Below are positions 27,851 through 41,285 of a stretch of 64,000 nt of DNA, in pieces. Each line of letters begins with the position of its first letter. Position 1 is the stretch's first letter. Made by a program: the position numbers and the translations under genes. Source of the DNA: Eledone cirrhosa (Eukaryota). The DNA is taken from contig OZ024741.1 in assembly GCA_964016885.1 (NCBI GenBank), positions 112,716,001 through 112,780,000 of the forward strand, read 5' to 3'. Under the pieces are notes generated by a model that worked only from the letters and a program-made list of their open reading frames with translations, searched no databases and was not told the origin of the DNA.

Positions 27851-28905
27851 CTAGCAGAGGTACCCGGCGTTGCTCGGGTATTAAATAGCAGTTGTGTATA
27901 CCATTTATGTCAATACTTCACTGCTACTTCGAAAACTATACTTTTACAAAATCATCGGCTTTTTCCTAAAGGGGGTTCCTTCCCCCGGGGCTCCCCTACG
28001 CAAGATGTGCCAATTCTGAGAGTTCACATTCATCTGTAGGACAAACGTAGCCCATGTCTCAAGTTTTGTGAAAATCGGTTGTGAACTCCAGAAGTTATGA
28101 CGTTCTGTTGCATTGCACTGCAGTGCTTCAGTCGACTCCAAGGAAGTGGTTAAAGGGGGTTATCTGCCGGGAGGCCCTATAATCAATATCTGGAAAAATG
28201 AAAGTGCCCATGACCATCCGGAATACATAAGTAACCTATGTCTTAGGTTTGGTGAAAATACTGTAGAAATGCATAAGGTTTATACACACGCGCGAGCGCG
28301 TGCGTGTGTGTGGGTGTGTATGTATTTGTGTGTGCGTATGTATGTGTATGTCCGTCGGGGCATACGTATGTACTGGCCTAAATCTTCACTATTTACTTTT
28401 ACTATTTTAATAACCTCTGTCATTTTCGTTTTAAATTTTATTTACATCATTCTTAAACTCCGGGGCTGGAAATCATTCTGTTTTAAATAGAATATTAGTC
28501 AAACGACTCCATTTATACCATAAACTTGGTCTTGTCTTTGAATGAAATTTTTTTTCTCACTCCACATAACGACGTATTATCCTCGGCTTTTTTCCGTTCA
28601 TTGTCAGGGAACGTCTTCACGAACAAAAATATCGTCTTCCTGTTTTCGTTCGGTTGCAACGTTTCTCGAAATATTTACTTCTGCGTTCATAGATTACTCT
28701 CAGTTCAATTTGAATGGGAAATTCCTGTTTCATCTATTTTCTCCGTAAACATGCAAGCTTGAAAGTCGACCCAACGCCTCCTCGGGTCAGTCTGCATAAC
28801 TGTGTAAATTTTCGCTGCATTCCACCAAGCCATTTCGACGTTTATCCGACTACACCTACTTACTTAAATATACAACATCCGACCACTTCCAATTTATATA
28901 GTAGA
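27851..28905 (-). mobile_element. Non-autonomous Helitron
   Basis: On the minus strand it starts A|TC (tctactatataaa) and ends with hairpin cccgagcaacgccggg then CTAG|T. Confidence 0.85.
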
Positions 28906-29062
28906 TATATGTTCGGTTAGATAGGCTTTAAAGCTGTGTAGCTTGCTACTGACTTGGTAGAGAGCAATAGAAACACGTCTGTTCAGTTCAACAGTTCACT
29001 TCATATATGTATATATATGTATATATATGTATATATATGTGTATACATATATATATATATAT

Positions 29063-29613
29063 ATCGGTAGGGGTTCTCTTACATGGATATTAAGTAGTGG
29101 CTGTACTCGAAAACGAGTTGGCAGCCACCATGTATGTATGCATGCATGTTTGTATATATGTATGCATGTTTGTATGTATGCATGTTTGTTTGTATGTATG
29201 TATGTATGTATTCCGGGAGAGATGACCCCTTAGCCTTTGTCAAGGCAGAATTCTAGGAGAAGGAAAACTCTGATAAAACACCTGCAACCCTGATGGTATC
29301 CAATGATGTTGACTTGTTCTTCTTTTTGGTAAATATCATCTTGGTTAAGAGAGTGGGACTGGCTTTGTGCAGTGCCTTTGCTCACTATAAAAGCTTCATG
29401 GCACAGGCATTGCTTTATATCTGGAGATCTCTCTGCACTTGTCGTCACATGGGCCCAGCACTATGTGTCAATGATTGTCACAAGTGTAGTGTTGGTACCA
29501 GAGTTTTCAAGTCGCTGGCTGGACTAAAAAGTCACACTCGTTCAGCGCATCGGTAGGAGTTCTCCTACATGGATATAAAGTAGTGGCCGTACTCGAAAAC
29601 GAGTTGGCAGCCA

Positions 29614-29617
<4 letters not shown>
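29063..29617 (+). mobile_element. Short RTE-derived non-autonomous element (~29210-29617) plus isolated 3'-end copy (29063-29130)
   Basis: RTE-like 5' motif ctaggagaaggaaaactctga. The 3' part encodes the C2H2-like CSVGTRVFKSLAGLKSHTRSAHR*. The 68-bp 3' end is repeated. Confidence 0.6.
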
Positions 29618-29665
<48 letters not shown>

Positions 29666-29673
<8 letters not shown>

Positions 29674-29820
29674 AGATCAAAAGATGGTTAAAGGAGTTCC
29701 ATGTATTTAACCATCTTTTGATCTTATATTATGTATACTCCAGTCCTACAAATTGTAGAGTGCTTCTTATCCGATATCTGCATTGCTTTATTGTACTACA
29801 ATAAAACTCACCTCCTACAC
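29666..29820 (+). mobile_element. Mini fold-back element: perfect 27-bp arms + 88-bp tail between (TA)n arrays
   Basis: ataatataagatcaaaagatggttaaa, 13-nt loop, tttaaccatcttttgatcttatattat, then tail gtatactcc...gagtgcttcttatcc...ctacac. Confidence 0.75.
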
Positions 29821-29823
29821 TAT

Positions 29824-29869
<46 letters not shown>

Positions 29870-30013
29870 ATGTATGTATGTATGTGTATTTGTATATGTA
29901 TGTATGTGTGTATGTGTGTATGTATGTGTGTGTGTGTGTGTGTGTGTGTATGTATATATGTGTATATATATTGTGTGTGTGTGTACGTGTATATATATGT
30001 GTATATGTATATT

Positions 30014-30058
<45 letters not shown>

Positions 30059-30179
30059 GTGTATATATATATATGTATATGTATGTATATATATATGTGT
30101 GTGTATATATGTGTATGTATTTGTGTATATGTATGTATGTGTGTGTGTGTGTGTGTGTATGTATATATATATATATATA

Positions 30180-30218
<39 letters not shown>

Positions 30219-30298
30219 GAATATATGTATGAATGGTGTATCTCTCTCTCTATATATATATATGTATGTATGGTGCTTTTTCCTTATATATGTGTATA

Positions 30299-30369
<71 letters not shown>

Positions 30370-30404
30370 ATGTGTGTGTATGTATATATTTGTTTATGTA
30401 TATA

Positions 30405-30453
<49 letters not shown>

Positions 30454-30470
30454 TTGTGTGTATGTGTGTG

Positions 30471-30507
<37 letters not shown>

Positions 30508-30784
30508 ATATATATGTGTGTATTTTATGTATATATGTATATATATATAAATATATGTATATATATATATATATATTATGTATATATATATGTATGTATA
30601 TATATATATGTGTATATATATGTATGTATATATGTGTATATATGTATATGTATGTGTATATATATGTATATGTATACACATGTATATCTGTGTGTATGTA
30701 TGTATGTGTGTGAGTGTATATATGTGTGTATATGTGTGTGTGTGTGTGTGTATATATATATGTATGTGTGTGTGTATATATATG

Positions 30785-30817
<33 letters not shown>

Positions 30818-30900
30818 GTGTGTATATATATGTGTATATAAATATATTTATATATGTGTGTTGGTTTTTTTTATGTGTGTATATGTGTATGTGTATGTGT
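29821..30900. repeat. Compound (TA)/(TG) microsatellite
   Basis: Read directly. Confidence 0.95.
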
Positions 30901-31398
30901 GTTTATGGTTGCACGCAAGTGTGTGAGTTAGTGTGTTTTTTTTTTGTGAATGTGTCTGTTGAATTTTGGCATATAGTTGATTAGTTTAAGAGAAGTTCGA
31001 AGATAATTGTAAGATATGCACTCAGTATTTTGAATCTGTCTACAGAATTCTCTAAACCTTTGTCACTTAGTAGAACCTTAATGAATTTAGCTTTTAAAGA
31101 ATCTCCCTTTCCTTTAATTCTATCTACCATGACTGACCCCCCCACTGATCTTATAGACATCTGTTAGCTTAAGAGAAACTTAATGACAAGGAATGGTATG
31201 CCATCCGGAACCTGTTTATAGAATTCTGTCTGCCTTTGTTACTCTAAAAACAAAAATTAAAAATAAACTATAGCTTTGTAGAATTAGCTTTTAATGAATT
31301 CCCTTTTCTATCAACCAATGACCTACACCCATCCCACTCCCCACCCTCTCCTACCACTTGTAGAGACCTATAAATACCATATTTATTTTTTGATACCC

Positions 31399-31449
31399 AG
31401 ATTCCTGATGATTTCTAAAGAATGAAACAGTTCTAGTCCTGTAGAATCT
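31399..31449 (+). ncRNA. Type I hammerhead ribozyme
   Basis: agattc-CTGATGA-tttc taaa gaat-GAAA-cag ttctagtc ctg-TA-gaatct. Stem I is 6 bp perfect, stem III is 4 bp and the triplet is GUA. TATA-like ctataaata lies ~30 nt upstream. Confidence 0.82.
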
Positions 31450-31503
31450 CATCTATATTAAAACTATATATATATAATATATATATATATTTATATATAT
31501 ATA

Positions 31504-31586
<83 letters not shown>

Positions 31587-31668
31587 ATATGTATATATAT
31601 ATATATGTGTATATGTATATATATATATATATGTGTATATGTATATATATATAGATATGTGTGTGTAT

Positions 31669-32020
31669 ATCATCATCATCATCATCATCATTTCATTTTA
31701 CGTCCGCTTTTCCCTGCTTGCAAGGGTGGGACGGGAACTGATTTTGGCTTGATTTCTACAGCTGGATGCCCTTCCTAACACCAACCTCATTTACAGTGAG
31801 TGCTGGGTGCTTTTTTGCCGTGGCACCTCCACGACCACTTTGCAGTGGAATGATAGGGACCCCAGTCCCTATCATCTCATTTCTACAGCTGAGTAAACTG
31901 GAGCAATGTGAAATAAAGTGTCTTGCTCAAGGAAACAACACATCACCCGGTCTGAGAATTGAACTCACAACCTTTCGATTGCAAGGCCAATGCTCTAACC
32001 ACTAAGCCATGTGCCTCCAT
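31669..32020 (-). mobile_element. Composite tRNA-derived SINE (family B) with RTE-derived body and tail
   Basis: tRNA-like head (tggcttagtggtt...gagttcaattc), ttgagcaagacact domain, a segment matching the RTE-A 3' UTR, then a tail matching the RTE-B 3' end plus (GAT)n. Confidence 0.8.
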
Positions 32021-32199
32021 GTATATATGTATATATATATATATATGTATATATATATGTGTGTGTATATGTAAATATATATGTAGATATATATATATAT
32101 ATGTGTGTGTATATGTATATATATATATATATATGTATCATAGATTTTATCCTCATCAGAGGACGTGACAGATGGACGGTCGTAAACACAAAAGCCTAC

Positions 32200-33790
32200 C
32201 CTGATGCCCTCTTCCTTGTGAGGCAGTTACAGGAAAAGTACCTAGCTAAAAGTAAGCCACTCTACCTGGCATTCGCCGATCTAGTGAAAGCCTTTGACAG
32301 AGTTCGATGTGCTGTAATCTGGTGGGCTCTTAGAAAACTAGGAGTATATGAATGGCTTGTGAAAGCTGTACAAGCCATGTATAGGGGAGAAGTCAGCAAA
32401 GTTAGGGTTAACAATGACTATAACGAGGAATTTAGCATACAGGTCAGTGACCACCAGGGATCTGTTCTTAACCCTCTCCTGTTCATCATAGTCTTGCAGG
32501 CAATAACGGAGGAGTTTAAGACCGGATGCCCATGGGAACTCCTGTATGCAGATGACCTCACACTTATAGCTGAACCTATGGTAGAACTAGAGAAGAAATT
32601 CCAAACTTGGAAGCAGGACTAGAAAGAAAGGGTCTCAAAGTCAACATGACAAAGACTAAGGTCCTTGTAAGTAGACGAGAAAACAGAACCCAGATCCCAT
32701 CAGGGAAATGGCCTTGCTCAGTATGTAGGAAAGGTGTAGGTAGGAACTCCATTCTCTGTCCCAAATGCAAACAATGGGTACACAAGAGATGTAGCGGGAT
32801 CTCAGGAAGCTTAATTAAGAATGTAGGCTTCACATGTAGCTGCTGTACTGGGACAGCAAGCAGCAAACAGCCACAGGAAGCAAGTACCACCAATCTCTGG
32901 GAGGGCTCTGTAGAAACAGTAGACAGCTTCTTCTACTTAGGCGACCGAATTAGCAGCGGAGGTGGGTGTTCGGAAAGTACAATAACTACGGTAAGAACGG
33001 GAGCTACTGCCACTGCTAGTTGCAAAAGGCTTCTCCCTCAAAATGAAATGCAGACTGTCTGATGCATGTATACGAACAGCAATGTTACATGGTAGTGAGA
33101 GCTGGGCGCTGAAGGTGGAAGACTTACGTAGATTAGAAAGAAATGAAGCCTGCATGCTCCGATGGATGTGTAATAGTAATATACGCGAACAGCAAAGCAT
33201 AAATGAATTGAGAGAGAGACTGAGCATAAGAGGAATCAAATGTTGTGTGCAGGAGAAGCGGTTGGGTTGGTATGGACATGTGATGCGTATGAAGGATGAC
33301 AGCTGCATAAAAACGTGCAGAGCACTAGAAGTCAATGGAAACCGCGGAGTGGGGAGACCCAAGAAGACCTGGGATGAGGTGATAAAAGCCAACCTTACCC
33401 AATTACACCTCTGGCATCACGCAGTAATACAGTAATACAGAGTACCCGACCTCCCATGGGTACAAGCCGAAGCTGAAGCATATAAACAATATGCCCCCAC
33501 ACACCCCACTGCAAGGTGGTCGTGGAGGTGCCACGGCAAAAAAGCACCCAGCCCACACTGTAAAGTGGACGTGTAGGCCCACGGAAAACAAGCACCCAGC
33601 ACTCACTGTAAATGAGGTTGGTGTTAGGAAGGGCATCCAGCTGTAGAAATCAAGCCAGAATCAGTTCCTGTATGAGCAAGACAAGCTCAGCCGACCAGAC
33701 ACTGCCCACAACAGGACAACCCGTCTAACCCATGCTAGCGTGGAAGAACGGACGTAAAACGGTGATGATGATGATGATGAATATGATGAT
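32200..33790 (+). mobile_element. RTE-clade LINE family A, 5'-truncated, frameshifted
   Basis: Runs from [12 protein letters not shown] through LLYADD and the PHD finger to GRPKKTW. Same 3' UTR as the 12232 copy. Confidence 0.93.
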
Positions 33791-33855
33791 GTGTATGTAT
33801 ATGTATATATATATACATATATATATATGTAAATATATGTATATATATATATGTA

Positions 33856-33941
<86 letters not shown>

Positions 33942-34264
33942 CATATTTCTGTTGCTTAAACCATTTTGTTTGTTTACCCTCGCGTCCCCTTTATTTACGT
34001 GTCCCAACGACTTTTTTTAGCCGTTGCTCGCACCAACCGGAGGTATATGGTCTTTAAAGCGATGAAATGCCTATGATGGTTGGAAGATCACTGATGAAGG
34101 ACAAACTTTTTCATATGTAACCCATTTGCAACGCCGCAGCTCCATTATTATCATATATATATATATGTATATGGTGTTAAAATAGCCTATACTCTCATAG
34201 AAAGATTTGTCTCTTGAAGTAAAAAAAAAAAGAATGCAAACCTTCGATCACAGTAATTAGTATT

Positions 34265-34331
34265 GATCACCTATCATTGACTTTTGTAAACATCTCAAGA
34301 GTGTGATATCCTTCATCAGTATGATTAGATC
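34265..34331 (-). ncRNA. Decayed type I hammerhead ribozyme
   Basis: Minus strand: gatctaatcata-CTGATGA-agga tatcacac tctt-GAGA-tgtttacaaaaGTC-aatgataggtgatc. GAAA is changed to GAGA. Confidence 0.55.
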
Positions 34332-34335
34332 TTTG

Positions 34336-34368
<33 letters not shown>

Positions 34369-34453
34369 TATTAAAATACAGATCTGTCTATGAAAGTATT
34401 GACTATTTCAACACCTAGGAGTATTTATTTAAATTTACATATTATTTTATCTA

Positions 34454-35163
34454 CCGTATATACTCGCGTATAGGTCGCCCCGGCAGATAGGTCGCATACC
34501 TACTTTTCATTTTACAAATAGGCTATTTGCCATTGACTCGCAGATAGGTCGCACTGAAATTTGGGCCGTCAAACTACTATTTTTTATGATAATTGAATAA
34601 TAATTATGATAATTATGATAATTGAATAATCTGTTAGCTTTCCATTACTTCACCGTTGCGATATATACTCCAAACCATGTTTTATTTATAAAATAAACAT
34701 TAATGTCATCGAAATCTCGTCAATTCGATATTACTGCGAGATAAAGCCTTTAAGGGTGAAAATTAACTCTTAATATAGTGAAACAACTTGATCAGACGTA
34801 TTTATTTCTGACGATGATAGTTACTTTGAAAGTGAAAGCGAAGATCTTACGGACACCATTGAAAATATTACAGCAACTTGCTTGAAAGATACAACACCAA
34901 TACATGTTCAGAAAAAAACGTAAACGCTACGAAGTTTTAGTAAAAAATTTAAAATCAAGAAATATATGTATAAGAAGGTAGATATATGAAATTATTATGC
35001 TAAATAATAAAAAATATTAACAAAGTTTATTTTATAAATACACATCGTTGATTAAGTTTATGAAAAATCATTGGTCAGTCTGATGTCGATCGGATAGGTC
35101 GCACTCAAAAATGTATACTTATTTATCGTTAAAAATGTGCGACCTATACGTGAGTATATACGG
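34454..35163. mobile_element. Tc1/mariner-pogo type MITE
   Basis: TA|ccgtatatactcgcgtataggtcgc...gcgacctatacgtgagtatatacgg|TA, with internal gataggtcgca repeats. Confidence 0.88.
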
Positions 35164-37976
35164 TATATATAGGTAAAAAATACTAGTTTGTTTCTTTCTC
35201 AATTGATATAGCTTGATATATATCATTTATACTTATATATAAATATATATGTGTGTGTGTGTGTGTGTTTACACTCAATAAGTGAGTGGTTTGACAGTAA
35301 AGTAATTGATAAAATAAGTGTCACTCTTTTGAAAAAGTACTGGGGTTGATATGATCAACTAAATTAGGACAGTGCTCCTGTAAGACTTTAGTCTAAGGAC
35401 TAAAACAAGTAAAAAATGACATATATATATTAAGTCTAAAACATGTGCACACTAAAATGAAGCTATTATTGAATCTATTGATTTTTTTTTCCTTCTGAAT
35501 ATTAAAACCAAGTAGGGAAAATATCTCTCTCATAAACATAAGCACCAACTTGTGTGTGTTGCATAGATAATATCCTGGCAGCTGTTTACAACAGATTTCT
35601 TCTATGAAAAATTTTTTCAGTTCAAATTTGAAAACATTTCAATTGATAATTTTGTTTCTGCTGTCAATAGCATTGTCCTTTCTTTAATAAAATAAACAAA
35701 TCCCATGAAATATTTAGTTTAAGATTAAGTTTGGTATCAAAACCTCTTGAAACATCTCTAAGTTGTCAGGTAAGATAGTCTAGAGTACTGTTTCAATTGA
35801 AAACCTGAAATATTTTCCTCTTTTTCTTTTTAAATAGACAGCAAAATGACAGAGTGACTGGAGCATAGGATTGATAGCTTGGTAGCTGATCTAGCTCTCT
35901 TTAGTCTGAGTTCAAATCCCACCATTGTCACATTTGTTTTTCCTTTGGGGAGGAACCTGCAGCATTGAATCAGTGGATTTGTCAAGTGGTGTCTGTTATG
36001 GACCTGTGGGTTCTGAATTCAAATCTTGCTTCTAACACATGAAACGTGGTGACATATCTATCAGAAGATGCAGCCAGTAGATAATATCAGTAATAGGAAG
36101 AATGATTGAAGCATAGTTTCCACAATCCTGTCTAAGAATCAATACTTTTCCTTTTACTAATAACTATTCCTATCTACTTTATATATCTTGGGTTTCTATC
36201 AGACTGCCAGATGTCTCACTGCCAGATGTCTATCCATTCTTTTGAGTTTCTATTTTCTCACTCTACATATTCAATACAGACGACTCAAAACAAACATTTT
36301 AAGAACATTTTCCAACTCAGATCCAAACATGTTGTCTGATGCTCTACCAATATCGTTAACCCAAAGGGAAATAATTAATGTGACCATAATTACATATTTA
36401 CTCAGTGATCACAACATTCTGTGGTGATAGTTTTACAAAACAATATTTTAAACAATATCAATTTGTGTAAGTTTGGTTATTAAGAAGAAAGCTTTTTTTT
36501 TTTAAACCTAGCTTCTTGAAATCGGACTACACTAGTTTCTATCATTTTATAATCATCTACCTCACACTTGCTGTATTATATTATACCAGCTTTTATCACT
36601 AAAAACTAGAATATATTGTATAAGAAAAAACATAACAAGCTCACATGACAAAGTTATATCACATATTATTTCCTATAGAATTTTTATTGTGTTTAAACTT
36701 GTCAAATGTAATAGAACTCTTTTAAGAGTCATCTCAAATTCCAGCTGAGTATCATTCCATCAAGAAAGGAAATATCATAAAACTAACAAATAAATTTTAT
36801 CTAAGAAATATTTTAACTTAGAGCAAATCTATTTGAAGTTAAAGCAGATGTAGCAATTTCAGCTAATCTATCTTCAGTCAAATAAACATAAATTTCCCTC
36901 AGAGAATATGTAAAGTTACATTATATTATAGATCTACTGAACTAACAAAATGTGATGGTGTAGAAACTTGATTATATGTGAAATAAAAATTTCCAGTAGC
37001 TTTTAAACAAAATGTTAGCCAGATTTATTTCTATGATTCTTGACAATTGTTATGTTATCTAGAAAATAAATGTTAATTGTAACCTTCAATACATTAAAAT
37101 ATATATTTTTTTCTCTCAAATTTAAAATTAAAATTTCTCTCTTGGGAAAGGATATTGTGTTTGGAACGACCTTAGAATAACAGTTTTATTATTTTTGTGA
37201 GAAAACTTTTATAAAAAACAATGAAATTTCATTCTTTCATTTTTATTTAAAAATTTTGACTTTATATTTCACATTTATTTTCTTGTTGGCATTTTAATAT
37301 GGAGATGTGGGAGCCATTTCAAACATATTTTTATATTTTTAAATATCTGGTCTCTCTAGCTTATAGTGTCTCGCAAGTTTTTATTCTTCAATTTTTGAGT
37401 TGTCCAATTATAAAGTTAGTTTTATAGTGAACATCTAGAATGTATGAATAAGTTTAATGGAAATTGCATTTTTCATAAAAAATATTAAAACAATGTCAAT
37501 GAAAGTGGAGACCATGAGAACTTTTTATTATGATTCATATTTTTAGGAAAACTTTGTTCAATATTCTATTGAAAATAGGTTATGAAAAATTCGATTAGGG
37601 CTGGGGAGAAAATATTTCAGGCTTGAATATCGTGTTCAACAGATTCGTTGTCATCAACATATGAAAGGTACTTGTGTTTTTTCACTACAAAAACTATAAT
37701 GAGCAGAAAGCAAAACCTATGTGACCACTTATGCGTGCATTATTATATTTGACTTGCTTATGGCACCCTTATAAATGGATCTAAACATTATAAGAAGCCA
37801 TTCATATGTTTAGTTTTGTTAGTGTGTGGTAGTTAGTAGTGGTGTCACTTGATCTTTCCCTCCCAACTGTATTCTTGGTTTTCAATCTTCACTGACAGTA
37901 GTAAATAGTAATAATAATTGTTTCTACTTTTGGCACAAGGCCAGCAATTACCCCAGTGTATTCCCAATAATAATAA

Positions 37977-38320
37977 TCATCATCATCATCATCATCATCA
38001 TCACCGTTTTACGTCCGTTCTTCCACGCTAGCATGGGTTAGACGGGTTGTCCTGTTGTGTGCAGTGTCTGGTCGGTTGACCATGCCTTGCTCATACAGGA
38101 ACTGATCTGGCTTGATTTCTACAGCTGGATGCCCTTCCTAACACCAACCTCATTTACAGTGAGTGCTGGGTGCTTTTTCGTGGCGCCTACACGTCCACTT
38201 TACAGTGTGGGCTGGGTGCTTTTTTGCCGTGGCACCTCCACGACCACTTTGCGGTGGGGGGGGGGGGGGCATATTGTTTATATGCTTCAGCATGTACCCA
38301 TGGGAGGTCGGGTACTCTAT
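37977..38320 (-). mobile_element. RTE family A 3' UTR fragment
   Basis: Reverse complement of 13610-13950 with a (CAT)n tail. Confidence 0.9.
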
Positions 38321-39052
38321 ATAATCTATTAAAGTACACAAGTCATTGGGGACAATACAACAGTAGGGTTTGCATCAAGAGAGTGAACATCACTGAAGAG
38401 AAAATAGTAGGAACAACAGTAGGAGCAACAAATATACATAACAATAACAAATGTAATCAAGGACAAGTTCCTCAATAATGAGGGACTACACTTTAGGGTA
38501 ATCCCTGGGAGAAACTCCACACAAAGCTCCAGATTACTCTGTTTCTTCACGGGCATTAAACATGCCCTCTCCCTGTTTCTTTCCTCTTGCTTAGAAAAGC
38601 ATAGTCAGATTAAGTTCATTCAGCCTTGTCATTTTCTCTCTTTCTTTCATAAACACCAGAAAGGAACACCTCCTTTGATCCCCTCATTTTCCTTTTTAAG
38701 AGGAACTTCAAGAGGAAGGTGAGGGCTTGGTCAGAGTTAATGAGGGCTTGTCTGTGGAGGAAGATTCCTGGCCTCAACCCTTTTAGATCCATCCACCATA
38801 TAGTTTCCTTTGGCATAGCTACCAAGCATAGTAAGACTTACCATGCCTCAGATGTGTTTGCTATTGTCTTGACAGCTGTCTACTGCAGCTGGCAGCAGAC
38901 TGGGAGCATCCCCAGTCGTGTAAGCAAGGGAGTGGTGACATTGCTAAGAAAAGACCCAAACGTGGGGGATGTGATAGGAAACTTCAGGCTCATAACTCTA
39001 CTGAACACAGAGCTTAAGATGTTGGCAAAGGTACTGGCTAAGAAGTTGGCAC

Positions 39053-41285
39053 CAGTGCTGCCGAAAGTTTTTTTCCTAACGTACAAAATCTGACTAAAAC
39101 GTACAGAGTGTTACTAAATCCCCCAATTACAATCAAAAACATTCTTTTTATACATATTTTTGAAGTTAACAACATTTATTGACAATTTAAACATAAGGGC
39201 ATCAAAAAGAAACGTCATCTTCCTGAGCAGATTCTCTGTTGTACCAATTTGTTTCAAATAATTGTTTCTACGTTAGGCACAAGGCCATCAATTACCCAGT
39301 GTATTACTGGTACTTTATTTTATCGACCCCGTAAGGATGAAAGGCAAAGTTAACCTCGGCGGGATTTGAACTCAGAAAGGCAAGGGCCGTAACTCTATGC
39401 GTCAAAGCATGGCGTCCGACCCTCTACCAATACTGCCAATCCACGCTTTGCAAAGATGTTCATCGGCATGTCGTAACAAATATTTCGACCTAACAAGAGC
39501 GTTAAGAGGGGAAGTTTTCAAACAATTTCGATTCTTTGTTTTAATAGAGTGGAGAATATAGAAAATTCTTTCAGCCACTGCGGAGGAGTGGGGTAAAGAA
39601 AGAAGACTAAGCATAATAGATGACAGCAGAGGGTAACGGTTCTCATCGCCACACTTCTCTTGTGAGACAGCAAACCAAAATTTTTCTGGATCGTTGTGCG
39701 GGATAAAGGAAGAACCTTGAATCGTCAGGTAGCGCCATTCCTGATTTATCTCTTCGTAATCTTTCTCATCACAAAGACTTGGAAATTGCATAACAAGTGG
39801 AATTATTGACCTCGGCCTTCCCTCCATCACGTTGGTTGGGTCTAACACCTCAAGTAGTTCCAAATTGTTCTGCATATTACAAGACAAAAACCGCATTAGC
39901 TTTGGTTTGAAAGACAAACAAAGAATCGTAGTATATTCTGTCGGAAGGTCAGCAATCCATCAAGTGCAATGGTGGTAGAATTGTCGTGTAAAATGCTCTC
40001 AGCTACAACACCAAAGTAGATACGATCTAATGGTTGGTGTGCCGTTGAATCGTTGACATTAATCTCACACACATTGATGACAGAAAGTAAATCAGGTTTA
40101 ATGAAATTACTCAAAATTCCTCTCATTCCAGCGTTGATTGCTCTTTTGAGTTCATGCATCCGATTAAGTTTGTTGACGTCGTTTAAAATAAAGGAAAGAA
40201 ATGCAAAATACATCTTTGTAAGAGGATTCTTCATTTCAGTGAGAATTCTTCAAGCCGTAGACGGACACCCATCCTCTAATGTTGCTTGGGTGAAATATGC
40301 CAGCAATGCTGGCCGCTGCTCTAAAATGCGCTCCACAGCTTGCATGCAGGATTTTGTGAGGATCAATTGAAGCTATTTTCTGCAGACCTTTGTATTCATT
40401 GATCCGCTTAGGACTGTGACTAAAGTATGCATAAATACTTCTTGTCAATTTTTCCACGGAGTTTGGTAATTCATTGCACGCTTTTGATGAACATAAGTGT
40501 AATGAATGACAAACACATCATAACACTCGCATTATCACAGGCGAAACCTATCAAATTTTCCAAAGGAATAGCATGTTCGTTGAAAAACGATAGAAGACAG
40601 TTGTAAATACCCACAGCACTGCAATCATTTATTTCTATAAGCGTTAGAAAATCGTCGACAGTCTTTTGAATTTCAACGTCGTAATATCTGGATACAAGGA
40701 CGAGTTGTTTAAGTGTTGAAACATCAGTTGTTTCATCGATGATGAGGGAGAATTTTGTCGAATGAAGCCATAGGGGCCGATGACGTTTGAAAAGATGGAT
40801 GTGCCTTTTGTTCTGGCAGACTTCGCATCCTGGGCGATTTTAGAATCAGGACAGGCGTTTACAACAAGGCCAGGCAAGTGGTCCAAAATAGAGATGGGTT
40901 ATGCTCAGCAACAAATACACAGTACTTTAATTCAGCAGATACTACTTTCCTGGAGTGTGAAGAAAACGAAGAGGCTTGGATAAAATTTGTCAATTTCGTT
41001 GCTTTGTTCGCTTCTTTTGCATTCTTGCGGTGCTTTTCTGTCTGCTCATGTCATAAAATTTGACTCAAACTGCCGACAATTTCACATTTGCAAAATATGC
41101 ATTTGCCTTTAGTTGTATCGTTCTTGCCCACTTCCAACCAAGAAGAAAATTTTTCATCGTACAACAATTTGGACGTAAGCTTCCTTTCATACGATGCCCA
41201 TCTAGCCTTCTTCTTATCTGCTGCTTTACGTTCGTTATCTGAAGAATATTCTCGTTTCACAGTTCTATCACTCATATCTGGTTCA
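39053..41285 (-). mobile_element. Decayed hAT DNA transposon
   Basis: BED-like finger WLEV..KCIFCKC..HEQTEKH and C-terminal RYPLLS...LSLPHSSAVAERIF...KTKNRNCL. The left end begins cagtgctgcc; the other TIR was not found. Confidence 0.8.
39259..39443 (-). mobile_element. SINE family A inside the hAT
   Basis: Full reverse copy of the 22194 SINE. Confidence 0.9.

Noticed and set aside
28930-28985. gaaacacgtc hammerhead-like 3' half
   Set aside because: No CUGANGA box or stem I partner found.
32140-32200. Minus-strand CTGATGA-ggat aaa atct next to a microsatellite
   Set aside because: Truncated before any GAAA, so too little to call.
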